Below are positions 58,321 through 64,000 of a stretch of DNA of 64,000 bases, one piece after another. Source of the DNA: the human T2T-CHM13v2.0 reference genome, Homo sapiens; the NCBI RefSeq assembly GCF_009914755.1, contig NC_060934.1; one strand, written 5' to 3'. The notes beneath the pieces are model-generated. The model saw only the letters and a program-made list of their open reading frames with translations, had not been told where the DNA came from and ran no database searches. Both the position numbers and the translations under genes were made by a program. Each line of letters begins with the position of its first letter. Position 1 is the first letter of the stretch.

Positions 58321-58787
58321 TAACCTCTCTTCATCCTCTCATCCTCTACCTCTTCCCTCTCCTTTTCCTCCCCCTCTCCTGCTTCTCTCTCCCTCTTCTA
58401 CACTTTTTCTTAGGAAGCTACTGACTGTGAACTTATCTGACTCTGTGGATTAAGCAAAACAAACAAACAAACAAACAAGTAAACTAACAATAATCAAGAG
58501 ACTAGAATTTAAGAAACAAAAGATACACTCAGCAGACACAGTGCATAAAGAATGCAACCTACTTTGTAGTAGGAGACTAGAATTCTACAAACTGGAGCTC
58601 TCCAGAAAAATAAAAACGCAATCAATAGATTCTGAGATACCGTTTAGAATTTGGAAAGAGAAATATTGATTGGCATATGAAAGGTCAGGTATAGCTCATA
58701 GAAAGCTCTGATTTGCACTGAGAAGTACCTGCAATATCATACCAAGGTAAACAGTGACTACTTATTTAATGAAGCATTCTTATATAT

Positions 58788-59405
58788 GTGCTGGATGTTT
58801 CCAGGTCAATTTGGTTAGGTGGAAACTGAGCTAAAATGAAACTATGTATCCTAGAATCCCGAGTCTTGTATGGTCCCAGATTAGGATTAACAACAAGAGA
58901 AATTGGCATGAGATTTGGAAAACGAAAATGCAACAGCTGCATTAATATCAGAAGGTGGATGTGGGCAGATACATTCATGTATAGATACAAAACAGTTAAA
59001 TACATCCAGTTTACCTTTATTGTACTCAGATTTGCATCTGGTTCATTTTCCACACTGCAGACTGAGCAGCCATAAGCCCTCAACCGGATGAAACCACAAC
59101 TGTGGAACCATAGAAGTGGCCATCTCATAGCAGCACACTTTCGCGTCTATCTCTCCTTTAGCTTTCCCTTCACAGTTCAGTTTTGGTAGCTGGGGTTTGC
59201 TTAAATTTTCACATTTCACTAAAAGCTGACTTGCTCAACTATGCCAGTGCTTCACAAAAACTATTAGTGATCCTGTCTCAAATCCTTCAACTCATTTCCG
59301 ACCTTTACCTCTCCAGCTCCAGCCACAGATCTGACATCTAAAATAAATCTCTTAATCCCATAATACTGTACTCTGCCTCCATGATTAAAGATTCAGAAGA
59401 TTCAG
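58788..59405 (+). mobile_element. ERV-L 5' LTR (LTR41-like)
   Basis: gaaactatgtatcctagaatccc...tgtatggtcccagattagg...caagagaaattggcatgagatttggaa; aataaa near the end; followed by an ERV-L internal start. Confidence 0.65.
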
Positions 59406-61940
59406 ATATTGGTATTAGAAGTGTTTCCATAGAAAGAGATGCTTAAGGGTAGAAATCTAGAATTGGTTTGTAGATCTAATGAGATTTGACAGGACTAATT
59501 ACACTGCTGCAAGGCAAAAACAGAATGTTGGTATTCTCTGTTGGTTCATTGCAAAAATATGACTAAAATTAGAACTGTCATCACCTGGAGTGAAGTGCTT
59601 TCAGGCGGCAAGGCTTTGGGTGATCCAGTAGCAGTTGCCGTAGAGCCAAAGAGCAATTTAGTGGGAAAAAAAGAGCACAATGACTGGTTATTTTGGATTG
59701 CTTCTAACAGTGCTGGATACTTTGAAGGAAAAAAAAAAAAAAGATGAGCTCAGGAGTTCAAATTCCTAAACATTTGAGTAAGCAGCCAGAATACTTTTAT
59801 TCTGCCCTAACAGTACTCTAGGAATGGTATTAAGATTTCTGAAAACCTAAACCCAAGACTAAACCTGGCAGATTCTCGGATTTTCATGTTAGGATATTGT
59901 TGGAAAGAAGAGGGACATTGAAAAGGGAAATGAAGATATACGGTAAAATTCTCACGAGATTGAAAATCTTGAACCTATAAATTCTTCACAGTGTCAATTT
60001 CCAGTAGAAGCAGCACATTCTTTCCTATCTGAATATATTATTATTTTTTTCTTTTCCTAAATAACTTGTAATGGGCTCCCCTGAGGTAGTTGCCTTCTGG
60101 GGAAATGCGGATTCTGCTCAGGACCTGTCATGCAACTTCTGTTTGCATCTAAATTTATAACAAGATTTAGTGACAGCAGCCCCCAGGAGACTGAATATGA
60201 AGTATGAGCCCTGAGGAGGGACATACACAACAATAAGATTGTACAACCTTAACAATTTACTTTATCCAATCTTGAATTATGTATGGGAATTCATTATGAG
60301 AAATTTGGTTCTGAGTGAATGAAATGCATTGTTGGGTTAAGCTAACTGCTTCAAAGGGGTGCACTGGCTGAAATCCCTGGATTCAGTAAAGGAAAGAGCA
60401 ATGAGGAACAGGTCAAACCGTTTTCTTAGTCAGGTGTCTGAAAATTAATTTACAGGTGGTCTGCACTGAATTAAGTTAAGATGTCAGAATGTTATTGGTT
60501 GACTACAGATAATTTTTTAAAACTTTGAACACTCAACTTCATACATTATGAAAGATTTGTTCAACCCAGAAGGCGGTGAATTTTCTGTCAAAGAAAATAG
60601 GGCCAAAGGTATAGAATACTCTATTGCATGGATAGTAACTAGTGGTTTGTCTGGATGCTCAAACTGGAAAGAAAGAAGACAATGGAAATATTGGTGATCA
60701 AAGGGTCTAGAGAATAAGTATGCCCATGCTTACAGAAGAGTATTCTCGGCTTGGAGGAAATCTCAGAAATCAACTGGTTACGATGAACTACTCAATGAGC
60801 GCCATTTAGCCTCTCTTCCTAGGCCTCCTTTTCCCTGCCCAATGGGCTCATGAATAAATCAGCCACAGTGGTAGAACTATAGTTTATTCATGGTCTCAAG
60901 AGACTTGGACTTCACTTCATCAAGGTTAATCTTGTTACAGCTACCATTGACACTTCAGCCTGCCAACAGTACAGATTAACACTGAGCTCACAATTATCCA
61001 GGGTGACCATGGAGCCACTGAATGACTAGCTGATTACACTTGAGTATTTCCATATGAAAGGAACAGTGTATTGTTCTCAATGGAATAAGCATTTATTTTG
61101 GAAAACGGATGTGCGTTTCTGACTATAATGATTCTCTGAAAATAAAATTTTATAGGATGCCTTAATTACTGTCATGCATGCCACCTAGCATTGCTTCTTA
61201 TCAGGGAACGCATTTTATAGAAAATGAGTGTAGTCGTGAATTAAAAATCGGAATTCATGGTCTTATCCCATTCTACATAATCATAAAGCAAACTGGTTTG
61301 ACACAATAGAGGGGTGACCATTTAAAATGCATTGATGGCATCAGAGGGTGACAACACTTTGAGGCTCTAAGGTAGGTCTTCTAGGATTTGTTATGTTCTC
61401 CAAATCTGTGATCGATAAACAGTACTCTTTCTCCCATTTCCAGAGTTCCAGGATCCAAGGAGGAAGGGAGGCAGATAATGGGTATTACTCTATTGCTCCT
61501 GCCTGATCATCCACTAGAAAAAAATTTCCTGCCTACTACACAAATTTAGGTCCTGCTTGCTTAGAGGATTTTGGTACCAACGGACAGAAACTTCCAAAAC
61601 AGTAAACAATAAAACGATTTTATTTAACTGGATGCAGATGCTGCCATTTAGCAACATTGGTCTTTTCATGCCAGTGAACCAGTAGGCAAAGAAGAGGGTT
61701 ACTTTACTGTTTGGGGTAATTGATCCTGATTACCAAGGGAAAATTGGACTGTTTCTGAAAACATGGAGTTAGAAACTAATATGACTGGAATATGTAATGT
61801 CCTATGGCCTCCTACTTGATATTACTATTTTAAAATGTTAATAATAAACTTCAATAACGAAACATAGGCAAGACTTCTAATAGCACAGGTATTTCAGGAA
61901 TAAAGGTTTGAGTCTTCTCATCGGATACGGAATTATGACA
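59406..61940 (+). mobile_element. ERV-L internal relic: gag, deletion, RNase H, integrase, dUTPase
   Basis: tattggtattagaagtg leader; integrase gcccaatgggctcatgaa...tgccaacag...gcattgcttcttatcagggaacgcatttta...ggaattcatggtctta; dUTPase GVIDPDYQGKIGL at 61713-61751. Confidence 0.85.
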
Positions 61941-62444
61941 GTATATCTTAGTTTGTTTGTGTTATTAATGGAACATCTAAGGTATTAAAATGCCATTAAC
62001 TAATAAAGCATACAAAGGACAGGGCTGCAACAGGCAAGCCCTAGGCTAAGTTTTGTTCATGGTTTGTTGAGTTTTATGCTGAATAATATTAATGACTTGA
62101 TATGATATCAATTAATGTCTTAACATGACAATTATAAAGTGATTATAATTAAATTCCCAAAATAAACTATATAAGCAAATAGAATATTAAACAACTAAGT
62201 TGCATAATATATCAATAGAAACCTTGCATAAGGAATAATTAATCAAATTACACACCAAAAAATGTTAGACTTGTTAGAAAACCTTCACATTGTCCCTTTT
62301 CACAGTAAGAAGGATGAGACCTCAGCCACTAAGCAGTGACTCTGTCCTACTTCCTTACCCAGTGCAAGCGTGCCTTAAGGTTTTGGTAGTTGTATGATAC
62401 TACTGAATTCTGAGCCTCTTATGAATGTAGATTTTTTTCTTAGT

Positions 62445-62665
62445 TATACCACTTATTAAGCAAGTACTATACTAAACACTTCAGATGCCTCGTGTCACTT
62501 AATACTCTTAAGAACTCACTAAGAGGTATTATGTTCCCATTTTAGAGATGGAAAATTGAGTTTCACCGAGGTAAGGTAATTTGTCTGTATTCTAACAGCA
62601 GAAGTGGTGGAGCCAGGATCTAAAACTCGGTCTCACTGATTTCAAAGCCTTCCTTTTTTTCCTAC
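62445..62665 (-). mobile_element. MIR SINE
   Basis: cccattttagagatggaaaattgag...gaggtaaggtaatttgtc...gtggtggagccaggat. Confidence 0.8.
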
Positions 62666-62794
62666 CACCTTCTATTTGCTTGATAGTCACCTTCTTCCCT
62701 TATTTATTAGAGCTTCTCTTACTAAGCTTCTAGATTCTATGAGACAGACATAGTAGACTATCTAGGGCTTTCAATTGAATGGTTGACTCTAGAC

Positions 62795-63056
62795 AAGCAT
62801 TGTTCAACAGATATATAATGAGAGATTCATATATAATTTAAAATTTTCTAGTGGCCACACTGAAAAAAGTAAAAAATAAGAGTTAATATGAATTTCCATA
62901 TATTTTATTTAACTCAACAATCCAAACGTTATCATTTCAACATGTAATCAGTATAAACCTATTAATATAAGGCATATTACACTTACAGCATCCACAGAAC
63001 TAGCTCCATTTCAAATGCTCTATAGCCACTTGTGGATATTATATTGGTTAGTGTAG
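62795..63056 (+). mobile_element. MER33 (hAT-Charlie non-autonomous DNA transposon)
   Basis: aaattttctagtggccacac...atcatttcaacatgtaatca...acacttacagca...atttcaaatgctctatagccac; 8 bp TSD ctctagac at 62787-62794 and 63057-63064. Confidence 0.88.
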
Positions 63057-63271
63057 CTCTAGACTAAACATTAAACAGGAAGTCTGATTATATTGCCCCT
63101 TATAAGTGAAGTCTTGGAGAAGGAGAGGGTAGGTGTGCGATGGAATAGGTTGTTCAAAAAGTCCGCCACTAAACATAAAAAATTAGCTGATTTTGCCTTT
63201 ATCTTAATTGACTGATTTGTCATTTATGCCATTCACAGGCATAAACTGCACAAAGCTCTGAGAATAGATAG

Positions 63272-63817
63272 TGTTAAAGTGAAAATGCACTTGACAAAGT
63301 TAAATAGGCAAGAAAAACTATCTAAGACTATTGCAATAGGGAAAGAGATTGATTTCTGCTCTGCTGAAACAAAGGTTGGAGTTTTTAAGAGCTGCAGTTG
63401 GAGGATCATAGGCTATCAGGGTTTGCTAATTAGCCTTACCCTAAAGAAAAGTTAATTACTCTTATCTTTATAGCAAGAGGTAGTTATTCAACTTTGAGCA
63501 AGACACCTAAGAAAGTGAGACTCCTTCCTCCCATAGAGACTGGAAGGTGTACCATCATCTTTAGGGATCACATTGCAAACGCATAACTCCTAGGTCTTTA
63601 ATAAAGATTTCCCCTGGGTCCTGTAACTGGCAAGAGTCTTTTAAGGCAATTCATATACAATTCAAAGGAGGTAGAGAAAGAATTTACAATGACAACTTTT
63701 CTAAATAAATACTCTAAGACAAGGGAAACAAAGGGGCTACAGTCAGGAGGATACCTGTTTAAAGTTTTGTTAAACCAGTGTGTCTTTTAAGGCTGTTTTG
63801 GTCAATAACTTTTCACA
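63272..63817 (-). mobile_element. ERV1 LTR (MER67-like), probably a 3' LTR with polypurine tract
   Basis: tgtta end; gagaaagaatttacaat...ttttctaaa...ctctaaga; ca followed by cccccctttt (minus-strand aaaagggggg directly before TG). Confidence 0.65.
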
Positions 63818-64000
63818 CCCCCCTTTTACCCTCAATCCTGATGAACAAAAAACTTTCCTTCATCAAAGTCACATTTGCCAAAACTTCATAACTGTTTAAG
63901 TGCCCAAAAGGTATTCCTGAGGGCTTCATAGATTTAAGGTTTTTAAGTTTGTTTGTTTGTTTTAACAAGAAAATTTCTTTATCTTTCCATGTTGGTCATA

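Overview
AT-rich, CpG-depleted primate (human or great ape) nuclear DNA, intergenic or deep intronic. I find no host protein-coding exon, RNA gene, CpG island or prokaryotic-type system. The window is mostly interspersed repeats: 7 Alus plus a FLAM, L1s of several ages, MaLR LTRs (MST, THE1, MLT1), ERV1 MER4-group LTRs, two decayed ERV-L fragments, MIR/L2 and a hAT MER33. The ORFs I could assign are repeat-derived; the rest look like chance frames. Best observations: (1) a twin-primed, 5'-inverted L1PA2-like insertion with a 15-16 bp TSD (18976-20960); (2) a 2.4 kb almost pure-AT minisatellite with a homogenised 34 bp unit and a terminal perfect hairpin (40233-42632); (3) an L1MA3-like element that keeps both UTRs but has lost most of its coding region, leaving an in-frame ORF1-ORF2 fusion (44949-48027); (4) an internally deleted ERV-L relic with a readable dUTPase motif; (5) multi-level nested insertions. 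Subfamily names come from recalled consensus sequences, not a database search, and boundaries of old repeats are approximate. I do not claim a new biological system; the deleted L1 and ERV-L are the best candidates for undescribed non-autonomous families.
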